A stretch of DNA of 64,000 nucleotides from Sminthopsis crassicaudata (taxonomy: Eukaryota), in contig NC_133619.1 in the NCBI RefSeq assembly GCF_048593235.1, positions 330,536,454-330,600,453 on the forward strand. Direction: 5' to 3'. Within the stretch, counting starts at the first letter, position 1; each line of letters starts with the position of its first letter. Below the pieces are notes generated by a model that searched no databases, was not told where the DNA came from, and saw only the letters and a list, made by a program, of their open reading frames with translations. The translations under genes were made by a program, and so were the position numbers. This document shows positions 22,784 to 34,893 of the stretch, piece by piece.

Positions 22784-23578
22784 TTATTTATTTATTTTTA
22801 TTCAAACTTTTAATTGACAAAGCATACGCATGGGTAATTTTTCCAACATTGACCCTTGCAAAGTCTTTTGTTCCAAATTTTCCCCTTCTTCCCCCCATAC
22901 TCTCCCCTAGCAGACAGGTAGTCCAATACATGTGAAATATGTTGAAATACATATTAAATCCAATATATGTATACATAATTAAACAGTAATCTTATTGCAC
23001 AAGAAAAAGATCAAAAAGGAAGAAAAAGAAAAACTGAGAAAGAAAACAAAATGCAAGCAAATAACAACAAAAAGAGTTAAAATGCTGTGTTGTGGTCCAC
23101 ACTCAGTTCCCACAGCCTCCTCTCTAGACTTTCTTTGTCACTGCACAAGTGGAACAGGTTTGAATCATCTCATTGTTGAAGAGAGACATGCCCATCAGAA
23201 TTGATTATCATATAGTCTTGTTGCTGCCAGGTATAATGATCTCCTGGTTCTGCTCATTTCAATTAGCATCAGTTCATATAGGTCTCTCCAAGTGTCTCTG
23301 AAACCATTCTGATGGTCGTTTATTATAGAACAGTAATATTCCATACCATTCATATATTATAATTTATTCTCCATTTCTCCAATTCATGGGCATCCACTCA
23401 GTTTACATTTCCTTGCCAATACAAAATGGGTTGCCACAAACATTTTTGTATATGTGGGTCCCTTTCCCTCCTTTAAGATCTCTTTGGGATATAATCCCAA
23501 TAGAAACACTACTGGATCAAAGGCTATGTACAATTTGATAACTTTTTGAGCATAGTTCAAAATTGCTCTGCATAAAGA
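22784..23578 (-). mobile_element. L1 3' end (end of ORF2 plus 3'UTR plus A-rich tail), antisense
   Basis: Starts with a (ttat)n/T-rich tail, then gcatgggtaatttttccaacattgacccttgca and ORF2-terminal antisense sequence resembling the L1 end at 29900-30355. Confidence 0.8.
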
Positions 23579-23599
23579 TTTTTCTTTATTTTTAAATTT

Positions 23600-23868
23600 A
23601 AAAATTTTTGGAGTTTAATATCATATTGACAAAGAAATGCCTCTTCTAGTTGTATATGTTAAACTAAATTGGATTGCTGACTAGGAAAGGAGGGAGAAAA
23701 TTTGGAATACAAGGTTTTGTAAAGATAAATGTTGCATGCTATTTTTGCATGTATTTTGAAAATTAAAAAGCTATTACTACCCACTACACACTGGTCAGAT
23801 TGGCTAGAATGACGGAAAGATAATGCAGAATGTTGGAGGGGATGTGGGAAAACAGGGACACCAATACA
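23600..23868 (+). mobile_element. Short sense L1 fragments (3'UTR piece and ORF2 piece)
   Basis: cactacacactggtcagattggctag...tgttggaggggatgtgggaaaacagggacac matches 29490-29580. Confidence 0.7.
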
Positions 23869-25280
23869 TTATAAGTCCAAGTTATCACCTTGTAATCCTA
23901 ACACCTAAGTTATTTTGATCTTATATTCTTAAGTTATTTTGGTTTTACATTTTTAAATTCTTAAATTTAAATTATTTCAGTTTTACACTTTTAAATTCTT
24001 TGGATTTTACCTTAGCAAGGCACTTCTGGCACACACAGAAAGTACAGCTAAGTGACAGATTGACTGACTTTTGTTTGTTTTTTTGACAAGAACTTTCTTT
24101 CCACAATGATGTGGAAAGGCCTGGATGGCATTTGCAAAGGCCCAAATTGGGTTAGGGTTTGGAGTCCCGAATACATTCTTTTCATTCTAGATGCAGATCC
24201 AACAACAGAGGAGTGACCTGGGGATCCAAAAGAAGGACCAGAAAACAGCCCTGAGCGACCAGTCAGATGTCAGCAGCCCTCCAGATGCTGATGGCAGCAA
24301 AGTCCCTCCTGACCATGACACCAGAGACAACAGAACCAACTCCGGTGTAGCAGCTAAAATGGACTGTTTTGGGTGATATGCAGTACAATTGTACTAGAAT
24401 TGTGAGAATTGTGCAGAATTATAACATCCTATCATGGTGACATCCCATTTCATTGACATCCTGCCTCTTTGATATCTTCTCTCTTTGGGCATGACTCTTT
24501 TGAGTGGGTTAAACATTGTGTTTGGTTATGGCAACAGTTGAGCCTAGTTCTCACTGTCATACCTTTGGCCTATTGGTCTGTTGCTTCCTACCTCCTTGAG
24601 CATGATACTTGGTGATGTTGTTGATCAAGCAAACTATAGCTAATGCTAAATAGCTTGATATGAGATGAATGGTCCCTTCTTTGAAAGAAAGGGGATTTGT
24701 AAGGGTCCATTAGAGAGGTCTGGCAAGCACAATTGGGATGTAAGCAGGACAATGGTCTTGAGGTCCCTGGAGTATGAGTATATAACGACTTCCCCCATGG
24801 GTGTGACCTCCAGCCACAGCAGGGAATCCTAATTACTTGGATCTCTAGTAAAGTTCGAGATGTAATCTCCATCATCAATTGGCTTGTGCCTGTGAACTCA
24901 TAGTCCCTATATAAGCTCAGAGGAGTGTTAGGATTCTTGCAGAATCTTAAGAGAGAATTCTTAAGGAAGGAGGAGGAAGGGCTTGACCCTCCTTTTTTTC
25001 ATCTCCTTTCCATCTGGAGTTCAGCACTGGGGTTCGATACTAAGAGAGTGCAGGAGGTCATAGAGTGAGCTATAAACCATGTGAATAAAGTCTAAGCTTG
25101 CCTGCCAAAACTCTTTGGTGCTCTGTTGTACTCAAAATACGTCCATATGAGAAAGCAGCTGGAGGACTCTGGAGACCTCAAAACAGAGGTAAGATTTGTA
25201 ATATTTGCCAGAGTTTCTCTGATTAGACCTAGGAACCAGGATTGATTAGTGATAGTTAGGTTTGAGAATGGCACCTAACA

Positions 25281-28200
25281 AAGAGCCTGGACACTATTTT
25301 CCAGGAAATTATCAAAGAGAACTGCCCAGATGTTATAGAAACAGAGGGTAAAATAGACATTGAAAGAATTCATCGCTCAAATACTGAAAGAGACCCTAAA
25401 ATCAAAACTCCAAGAAATATTGTGGCTAAATTCCAGAACTATCAGACCAAGTTAAAAATACTACAAGCTATTAGAAAAAAATCAATTCAAATATAGAGGA
25501 GCCACAATAAGGATTACTCAGAATTTAACAGCATCCACATTAAAGGATCCAAGGGCCTGAAATCTGATATTCCAAAAGGCTACGGAACTTGGTATGCAGA
25601 CAAGAATTACTTACCCAGCCAAAATGACCACTTTTTCCAGGGAAGAAGATGGACATTCAATGAAATAGGTTAATTTCATCGATTTCTGATGAAAAAAAAA
25701 CCAGAACTAAACAAAAAGTTTGATCTCCAAATATAGGACTCAAGAGAAACCTAAAAAGGTAAAAAGAAAACTTGGGAACTATATTTCTGTTATAAAAATA
25801 TATAAAGAACACATGTATAACTTGTTCTAGAAACTAGAGTTGGAAAAGAAATTGTACCAGAAAAAGGGTAAAGTGGAGGTACTAAATCTCACAAAGAGAC
25901 AAAGTAAACCTATTATATCTGAGAGAAAGAATGGAGGGGGATGAACACAGTATGTATCTTACTCTCATCAGAATTGGCTTAAAGAGAAAAATTTTAGACA
26001 TATTGGATTTATGGTGAAACTTCTCCCACCTCATTGAAAAGTGGGAGGAGAAAAGTGAAAAGGGAAGGAGGAAGCTAAGTTGAAGTGAATACAGAAATTG
26101 GGAGGAAAAAAGGTAAAAAAGGGGGAGGAATTCTAAAGTGGGAGAGGGATATAAAAAGGGAGGGCTGTGGGAAGCAAGTGGTACTCACAAGTTTAATACT
26201 GGGGAGGGGGGCAAGGGAGACAAAAAGGAGAAAAGCAAAAGCAGGAGTTAACAAATTAGTCATTTTCACCATAAATGTGAATGGGGTAAACTCCCTCATA
26301 AAGAGGAAGTGGTTAGCAGACTGGATTAAAAGCCAGAATCCTACAATATGTTGTTTACAGGAAACACACTTGAAGCAGGGTGATACATACAGAGTAAAAG
26401 TAAAAGGTTGGAACAGAATTCACTTCAGGTGAAGTCAAAAAAGCAGGGGTAGCCATCCTGATCTCATATTAAGCAAAAGCAAAAATTGATCTAATTAATA
26501 GAGATAAAGAAGGGCACTATATCTTGCTAAAGGGTAGCATAGATAATGAAGCAATATCAATATTAAACATATAGGCACCAAGTGGTATAGCATCTAATGC
26601 AAGAAGAAATAAACAGCAAAACTATAATAGCGGGAGATCTCAACTTTGCTCTCTCAGAATTAGATAAATCAAACCACAAAATAAATAAAAAGTCAAAGAG
26701 GTAAATAGAATACTAGAAAAGTTTGATATGATAGATCTTTGGTGAAAACTAAAGGCAGACAGAACACTTTCTTCTCAGCAATTCATGGAACCTTTACAAA
26801 AACTGACCATATATTAGGACATAAAAACCTCAAATTCAAATGCAGTAAGGCAAAAATAGTAAATGCATCATTTTCATATCATGATGCAATAAAAATTACA
26901 TTCAATAAAAAGCCAGGGGAAAATAGACTAAAAAATAATTGGAAACTAAATAATCTCATACTAAAGAATGATTGGGTAAAACAGCAAATCATAAACATAA
27001 TAAATAATTTCACCCAAGAAAATGACAATAACTAGATATTATACCAAAATGTGTGGGATGCAGCCAAAATGGTAATATTGGGAAATTTTATATCTCTAGA
27101 AGCCTACTTGCATACAATAGAGAAAGAGAAGGTCAATGAATTGGGCTTGCAACTAAAAATATTAGAAAAGGAACAAATTAAAAACCCCACACAAACACGA
27201 AACTTGAAATCCTAAAAATAAAAGGTGAGATTAATAAAATTGAAAGTAAAAAACTATTGAATGAATTAATTAAACTAAGAGGTGGTTCTATGAAAAAAGC
27301 CAACAAAATAGGTAAACCCTCAGTAAATCTGATTTAAAAAAGGAAAGAGGAAAATCAAATTGTTAGTCTTAAAAATGAAAAAGGTGAACTCACCACTAAT
27401 GAAGAGGAAATAATTAGGAGTTACTTTGCCCAACTTTATGGCAATAAATTCAATAACTTAAATGAAATGGAAGAATACATTCAAAAATATAGCTTGCCCA
27501 GATTAACAGAGGAAGAAGTAAATTGGTTAAACAGTCCCATCTTAGAAAAAGAAATAGAACAAGCTATTAATCAATTCCCTAAGAAAAAATTCCCAGGACC
27601 AGATGGATTTACATGTGAATTCTACCAAACATTTAAAGAACAATGAACTCAATGCTACATAAGCTATTTGAAAAAATAGGGATTGAAGGAGTCCTACCAA
27701 ATTCCTTTTATGACACAGACATGGTACTGATACCTAAACCAGGGAGGTTGAAAACAGAGAAAGAAAATTATAGACCAAACTCCCTAATGAATAGTGATGC
27801 TAAAATCTTAAATAAAATATTAGCAAAAAGATTACAGAAAATCATCCCTAGGATAATACACTATAACCAAGTAGGATTTATACCAGGAATGCAGGTTGGT
27901 TCAATATTATGAAAACTATTAGCATAATTGACTATGTCAATAACCAAAGTAACAAAAACCATATGATCATCTCAATAGATGCAGAAAAATCATTTGATAA
28001 AATCCAACATCCATTTCTAATAAAAAACACACGAGAGTATAGGAATAAATGGACTTTTCCTTAAAGTAATCAGGAGCATATTTAAAACCATCAGTAAGCA
28101 TCATATGTAATAGGGATAAACTGGAACTATTCCCAGTAAGACCAGGAGTGAAACAAGGTTGCCCACTATCACCATTATTATGCAATAAGAGTAAAGAAAG

Positions 28201-30355
28201 AGATTAAAAGAATTAGAGTAGGTAATGAGGAAACCAAATTATCACTCTTTGCAAATGATATGATGGTATACTTAGAGAACCCCAGAGAACCATCTAAAAA
28301 ACTATTAGAAATAATCCACCCCTTTAGCAAAGTTGCAGGATACAAAATAAATCCACATAAACCTTCAGCATTTTTATACATCACCAACAAAATCCAACAG
28401 CAAGAGATACAAAGAGAAATTCCATTCAAAACAACTGCTGATAGCATAAAATATTTGGTAATCTATCTGGCAAAGGAAAGTCAGGAATTATAGGAACAAA
28501 ATTACAAAACACTTTCCACGCAAATAAAGTCAGATTTCATTAATTGAAAAAAATATTAGGTGCTCTTGGATAGGTTGAGCGAATATAATAAAGATGACAA
28601 TACTCCCTAAACTAATATATTTATTTAGTGCTATACCAATCAGACTCCCAAGTAACTATTTTAATGACCTAGAAAAAATAACAACACAATTCATATGGAA
28701 GAACAAAAAATCAGGAATTTCAAGGGAATTCATAAAAAAAAAAAAAAAATCAAATGAAGGTGACCTAGCTGTACCAGACCTAAAACTATTTTATAAAGCA
28801 GCAGTCACCAAAATCATTTGGTATTGGCTAAAAAATAGATTAATTAATCAGTGAAATAGGTTAGATTCACAAGACAAAATAGTCAATAACTATAGCAATC
28901 TAGTGTTTGAAAAACCCAAAGATCACAACTTTTGGCATAAGAATTCGCTATTTGACAAAAACTGCTGGAAAAACTGGAAATTAGTATGGCAGAAACTAAG
29001 CATGGATCCACACTTAACACTGTATACCAAGATAAGATCAAAATGGGTCCATGACTTAGGTATAAAGAATGAGATCATAAATAAATTCAAAGAACACAGG
29101 ATAGTTTACCTCTTAGACTTGTGGAGGAGGAAGGAATTTGTGACCAAAGAAGACTAGAGATCATTATTGATCACAGAATAGAAAATTTTGATTATATCAA
29201 ATTAAAAAGCCTTTGTACAAACAAAACTAATGCAAACAAGATTACAAGGGAGGCAATAAACTGGGAAAACATTTTTACAGTTAAAGGTTGCGATAAAGGC
29301 CTCATTTCCAAAATATATAGAGAATTTATTCTAATTTATAAGAAATCAAGCCATTCTCCAATTGATAAATGGTCAAAGGATATGGACAGACAATTGTCAG
29401 ATGATGAAATTGAACCTATTTAATCATATGAAAGGGTGTTCCAAATCACTACTGATCAGAGAAATGCAAATTAAGACGACTGAGATACCACTACTACACA
29501 CCTGTCAGACTGGCTAAGATAACAAGAAAAAATAATGATAAATTGTTGGAGGGGATGTGGGAAAACTGGGACACTGATGCATTGTTGGTGGAGTGTTGAG
29601 AGAATCCAACCATTCTGGAGAGCAATCTAGAATTATGCCCAAAAAGTTATCAAACTGTGCATACCCTTTGACTCAGCAGTGCTATTACTGGGCTTATATC
29701 CCAAAGAAATACTAAAGAAGGGAAAGGGACCTGTATGTGCAAGAATGTTTGTGGCAGCCCTTTTTGTAGTGGCTAAAAACTGGAAAATGAATGGATGCCC
29801 ATCAATTGGAGAATGGTTGGCTAAATTGTGGTATATGAATGTTATGGAATGTTATTGTTCTGTAAGAAATGACCAGCAGGATATTTTTAGAAAGACCTAG
29901 AGAGACTTACATGAAGTGATGCTGAGTGAAATGAGCAGAACCAGGAGATTATTATACATACACTGCAACAACAATACTGTATAAGGATGTATTCTGATGG
30001 AAGTTGGTATCTTCAACAAAGGGATCTAATTCAGAACAAATTGATCAGTGATAAACAGAATCAGCTACACCAAGAGAAGGAACACTGGAAAATGCGTGTA
30101 AACTGTTTGCATTTTTGTTTTTCGTCCCAGGTTATCTTTATCTTCTGGATCCGATTCTTCCTGTGTAACAAGAAATTTGGTTCTGCACACATATATTGTA
30201 TCTAGGATATACTATAACACATTTAACATGTATGAGACTGCCTGCCATCTAGGGTAGAAGGTGGAGGGAGGGAAGGGAAAAGTTGGAACAAAAGTGAGTG
30301 CAAGGGATAATGTTATAAAAATTACCCATGCATATGTACTGTCAATAAAAAGTTA
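25281..30355 (+). mobile_element. L1 3' part: rest of ORF1, spacer, decayed ORF2 (EN, RT, C-domain) and 3'UTR
   Basis: ORF1 SLDTIFQEIIKENCPD. Endonuclease [26 protein letters not shown] and LFANDMMVY. 3' end aattacccatgcatatgtactgtcaataaaaag. Confidence 0.92.
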
Positions 30356-30375
30356 AATCATATGAAAGGGTGTTC

Positions 30376-31458
30376 TTTAAATCAACACAACAGACAGACA
30401 AGTCACAAACGCAAAACACAAATCACATAGACATAGACAGCACTACTACAACAATATTAACACATATAGACTAGGGGTTATCTGGAAACCTTAGAATAGC
30501 CCTCAGGGAAGTTATAGCTCGAGAGTCTTCCCTCTCAGAATCCAAATGGAACTTTTTAGGCTTTTGGTGCATTTCTCTGCCTGCACAAAGAATGCCCAGA
30601 GATAACCAGATAGTGGAAAAAGGCACTCAGAACCAGAGTTGTGCCACTGGCACACAGAACCAGATAGACACAGGTACACTTAAACACAAAGAGACAGTAG
30701 ACAAACATATCTGGAACACAACATACAATCAGCCAGCCAGGGCACTCCAACAGCATCTCAGGGAGGTCACTAGGGAGCACTGTTCTTGCGTCCAGCATAG
30801 CCACCTACTATCCTACAGTATTCACCCAAAATTGAACCGGTTCCCAGAATGCTCAAAGCCAACTGAGTCAAATTTATGTCTCCTCTCCCAGTATGCAAAA
30901 GTGGGTTACCGAGGTCTGGGGCCGAGGAACATCTTCTTGGTGGCCACCCCCCCTAGAGACGGTAGCCCCCTTCCTCCTCCAGGGAAAGGGACTGGCTATT
31001 GAACAGAGCCAAAGGCTATCTCTCTGGGGAGCTTCCAAATGAAATGCCCACATATACAAGACAGCCAAAGTAAGGACAGATAAGAGTGTTTATTGAGCAC
31101 TAGCCAGTACTGAACCCAGTCTGGACCAGGGGTCATTGCCAATCACTTTCAGAGACATATATTATAGAAAAATCGACAGAGGTTCCTTGGAACATTCATT
31201 ATGATAATAGAATTCCTTTTCCAGACAGGAGGTAAAGGTTATCACATTTAAGAATTCCATTCCCAGACAAGCAGTAAGACAATATTTCTTCATGTTTATC
31301 AAGTTGTCAAGGTCTTAGGTGGTGGAGAGCAACACATCTGGGGGTGTAAATATTATCTGCATTAGGGGGTGAAAAGCTAGCAACACAGTTCTGACTGCAG
31401 ACCGAGTTTCAAACAAAGGTAATGTTTTTCACGGTCTCAGGGGTGTCCTGCCACTTCA
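30376..31458 (-). mobile_element. LTR plus leader remnant of a second ERV family, antisense
   Basis: On the minus strand it starts TGAAGTGG at 31458, has AATAAA near 31090, and has a PBS-like tggccaccaagaag near 30947 followed by a low-complexity leader. Boundaries are uncertain. Confidence 0.5.
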
Positions 31459-32969
31459 GATCAATCACACAGGAAGCAAGCTGATGGGAGAAAGGGATTA
31501 CAATTAGGGAGGATAGAGTTGTATGTAGCTGGGACAATTGAGATACCCCCTGGAGAGGTGAAATCTGTTCCTCTCCAGCCTATGGATCCCTGGCCTCCAG
31601 GCACAGTAGGCTTGACCATTTCACCTCCTGAGAGTACTTACAAGACAGTGTCCATCCATACACTGATGTGGGAAACTGGGGAATGTGTAGATAATATCCC
31701 AGTCACTAATTCAGGTAGACAAAGTGTGACTTATCAACCAGGGGAAGTAGTAGCATCAGGTTTACTGATTCAGACTCCTAATAAGCAACCTGGTGACAGT
31801 CACCCAGATTCTGACTCCAAGCAGCAAAACCCAGGAATATACTGGACAGCAGCTCTGGCAGCTGACCGACCTATGCTCACCATCTGTATAAATGACATAT
31901 CATTAGAAGGATTGGTAGACACAGGTGCAGATCTCACAGTCATTAGAGATGCCAACTGGCCCAGTCACTGGCCAAAGACTAAGGCAGACACCTACATGTC
32001 TGGGGTAGGAGGATCAATAGCAGTTGAAGTTAGTGCTACCCCTTTGAGATGGATATTTGAAGGTGAAACAGGAGTTTTTATTCCTTTTGTAGCTGAAGAA
32101 ATCCCCATCAATTTGTGGGGAAGAGACATTTTAAAACAATTAGGATCATAAATGAGTACTTCGGTTTTTTAAGCAGGGCTGCTATTGAAGGCCGGCCACC
32201 ACTTTCACCTGTTCCTATCCAATAGAAAACTGATACACCAGTGTGGATAGAACAGTGGCCCTTAGGTAACAATAAAATTCAGGCCTTACTAGATATAGTA
32301 CAGGAACAACTTGACCAAGGACACTTACAACCTTCTCTAAGTCCTTGGAATTCCCCAGTATTTGTTGTAAAAAAGGAATCTGGAAAATGGAGGATGATGA
32401 CTGATTTAAGAAAGGTAAATGAACAGATGGAAACTATGGAAACTCTTCAGTCTGGACTTCCATCTCCTACTCAGTTGCCTAGAGAATGGCCTCTGTGGGT
32501 TATAGACATTAAGGATTGTTTCTATTCTATCCCTCTAGATAAGGAGGATATGAAAAGATTTGCCTTTTCAGTGCCCAGCATTAACTTAGCTGAGCCTTAT
32601 AAAAGATATGAATGGACAGGTTTGCCACAGGGAATGAAAAACAGAGCTACTATGTGTCAAATGTATGTTGCTACTGCTCTTAGTCCAGTAAGAAAAGCAT
32701 TTCCAAAAGTAATATTGTTACATTATATGGATGATATATTGGGATGTGCACCTGAGGAACAAATGTTATAAGCATGTCTATAAAAACCATAGAAACACTA
32801 AGGAATTATAAATTGCACATAGCTTCAGAAAAGATTCAAAGACATGCTCCTTTTCAATATTTAGGATATGAAGTATATCCTAAGGTGCTTACAGAACAAA
32901 AACAACAGAGAAGTTGAACACATTAAATAACTTTCAGAAATTGATAGGAGATATCCAATGGATGCGTCC
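31459..32969 (+). pseudogene. pol: Betaretrovirus-like pro-pol fragment (dUTPase-like region, protease, RT N-half)
   Basis: EGLVDTGADLTVI and NLWGRDIL (protease). [25 protein letters not shown] and LHYMDDIL (RT). Premature stop at 32769-32771. Less decayed than the 13.7-25.3 kb provirus. Confidence 0.88.
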
Positions 32970-33109
32970 CGGGGTAGAGTTAACTGCATCACCATGCTAA
33001 GTACTAAATATGTGTGAACTAAAGAACCATCATCTCATCAATTCCACTGAGTTATTATCTTGTTTCAAATATACTTCTCCAGAGTTCTGGCTCTCTAGGA
33101 GTTCCCTCT

Positions 33110-33290
33110 TTTTTTTTTTTTCTTTGTTGTTGTTGTTTGTTTGTTTGTTTGTTTGTTTTTGCTGAGACAATTGGGGTTAAGTGACTTGCCCAGAATCACA
33201 CACCTAGACAGTATTAAGTTTTTGAGGCCAAATTTGAACTCAGATCCTCCTGACTTCAGGAACTGTGTGATCTATCCACTGCATTATCAA
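33110..33290 (-). mobile_element. WSINE1-like marsupial SINE with (AAAC)n/A tail
   Basis: gctgagacaattggggttaagtgacttgcccagaatcacacacctag...tttgaactcagatcctcctgacttcagg...ctatccactg, preceded by (ttgt)n. Confidence 0.8.
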
Positions 33291-33632
33291 TTAGATCACA
33301 ATTCTGTGTAACAAACTGCCTCAAATTTGTGTAATGAACATATTTGAAAGGAAATTAATAAATTCAAGTGATAGGAAAATGTAAAGGGACTGACAACTTG
33401 AATTTAAATTCAAAATAAAGGTAAGGATTGTTTTCTATAAAAAGAAGGAAACTTCTTAAGTACAACACCTTGATGCAAAAAATAATTTTTAGAGAATGAA
33501 GTTTTTAATTGGAAGGTTTTTCTTTTCTTTTCTTTTTTTTTGGCTTTTGACAATGACATAAATTTATTAAAATATTCAACATGGGTTCTCCTGAATGGAA
33601 AGTCATTGCAGAGGTTGTTTTGGTTGCTTGGA

Positions 33633-33724
33633 TTAGAAAATCTCATTTTGGGGGACTGTAGATTAGAGTTCCATCTGCAGCATTGGAAAAAGCTATGTGC
33701 CCTCCTTCATAATTAAGGAAAGCG
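33633..33724 (-). pseudogene. Relic 3' end of a seventh TRIM copy
   Basis: Stop-proximal SPRY sequence with an internal deletion, followed (on the minus strand) by the typical TRIM 3' flank at 33305-33632. More diverged than the intact copies. Confidence 0.85.
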
Positions 33725-34893
33725 TCTAAGGCCAAATTTCATTTTAGATCTTCTTGATTCCAGGCCTGGCTTTGTGCATATGTTTCCACCTCTTTTGCCC
33801 TTCCCCTCCCCAAAACAGTGGCTACAACATAAGGACCTCAACAATGCAAATGAAAAGAAGGGCCCATACAAAGACATCAAAAATGGATGTCACAAAATTA
33901 GAAAGCTCTAAAATAATTACATAATAGAGAAAAACAAGAAGATAACCCCTACTCCATGCCTTTGATGAACGGGGAGGTCAATAGATATTGCATATTATAC
34001 ATGCATTGAGATTTTTTTAGAGTATTTTTCTGTTTTTTTCTCTTTGAAAATTACTATTTGTTGAATCACACGATTCTCTGAAAGGATGAGAGGAAAACTG
34101 TGAGAAACTGTGATGATGTTAAAAAAAAAAAAAAGAAAAAGATTTTAATAAAAAAAATCTAGATCCTCAGATTCATGTAATACTTTACCCTTTTGAAAAA
34201 TGGCCCTCATAAAAATTTGGGAAAGTAAGTGGTACAAATATTAGAAGCTGCAATTTACAAATGAGGGACCATCTCAAGTCCAAAAGGATAAGTGACTTAC
34301 CAAAAGCCACACTGCTGGTCAGTGCCAGCCTGGGACTCACAGCCAGATCTCCGCCCTTTATGACCTGTGTTATTTCTCTGCAGTGCCTTCTGCTGTCTGC
34401 CAATACCATCTAGCAACCTTCAGGCTAAGGATCCCCTGAGAACCAAACATTTCTCAAGTAGATATTCCAGAGTTGTTATCTATTAGCTCCCAATGCTGTT
34501 GTAACAAACTGCCTCTAATTTGGCCATGAACGTATTTGGAAGGAAATTAATAAGTTCAAGTGACAGAAAAAATGAAAAGTGACTGACAGCTTGGATGTAT
34601 AATCAAAGTAAAGGTAAAGATATTTTATATAAAAAGAAGAAAAATTTTAATTAAAACACCTTAAAGCAAAAAGTAATTTTTAGAGGATAAACTTTTTATT
34701 TGAAAGATTTTTTCTTTTTTTTTTTTTTTTTGGCTTTTGACAAATAAATAACAACTTAATATTAACTAATTAATAATAACATATTAATAAATAATAAACT
34801 TTATAATATAAGTTTAATATAACTTTATTGACATATTCAACAACAGTTCTCATGAATGGAAAGTCATTGCAGAGGTTGTTTTGGTTGCTTGGA

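Larger units (their letters stand above)
13730..25280 (+). mobile_element. Decayed env-less betaretrovirus-like (ERV2/ERVK-class) provirus with both LTRs, containing a later TRIM-bearing insertion
   Basis: 5' LTR 13730-14748 (TGTAAG...TTAACA) and 3' LTR 24698-25280 (TGTAAG...CTAACA). PPT gaaagaaagggga at 24683-24695. 6-bp TSD AAGAGC at 13724-13729 and 25281-25286. Contains gag, pro and pol remnants. Confidence 0.88.

Noticed and set aside
13730-25280. Active retroviral transduction of the TRIM gene (oncovirus-style capture)
   Set aside because: The insert is antisense and includes promoter, 3' flank and L1 debris. The LTRs and gag/pol are far more decayed than the TRIM copy and the A/A' repeats, and only one such element is seen. 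A DNA-level rearrangement is more parsimonious.
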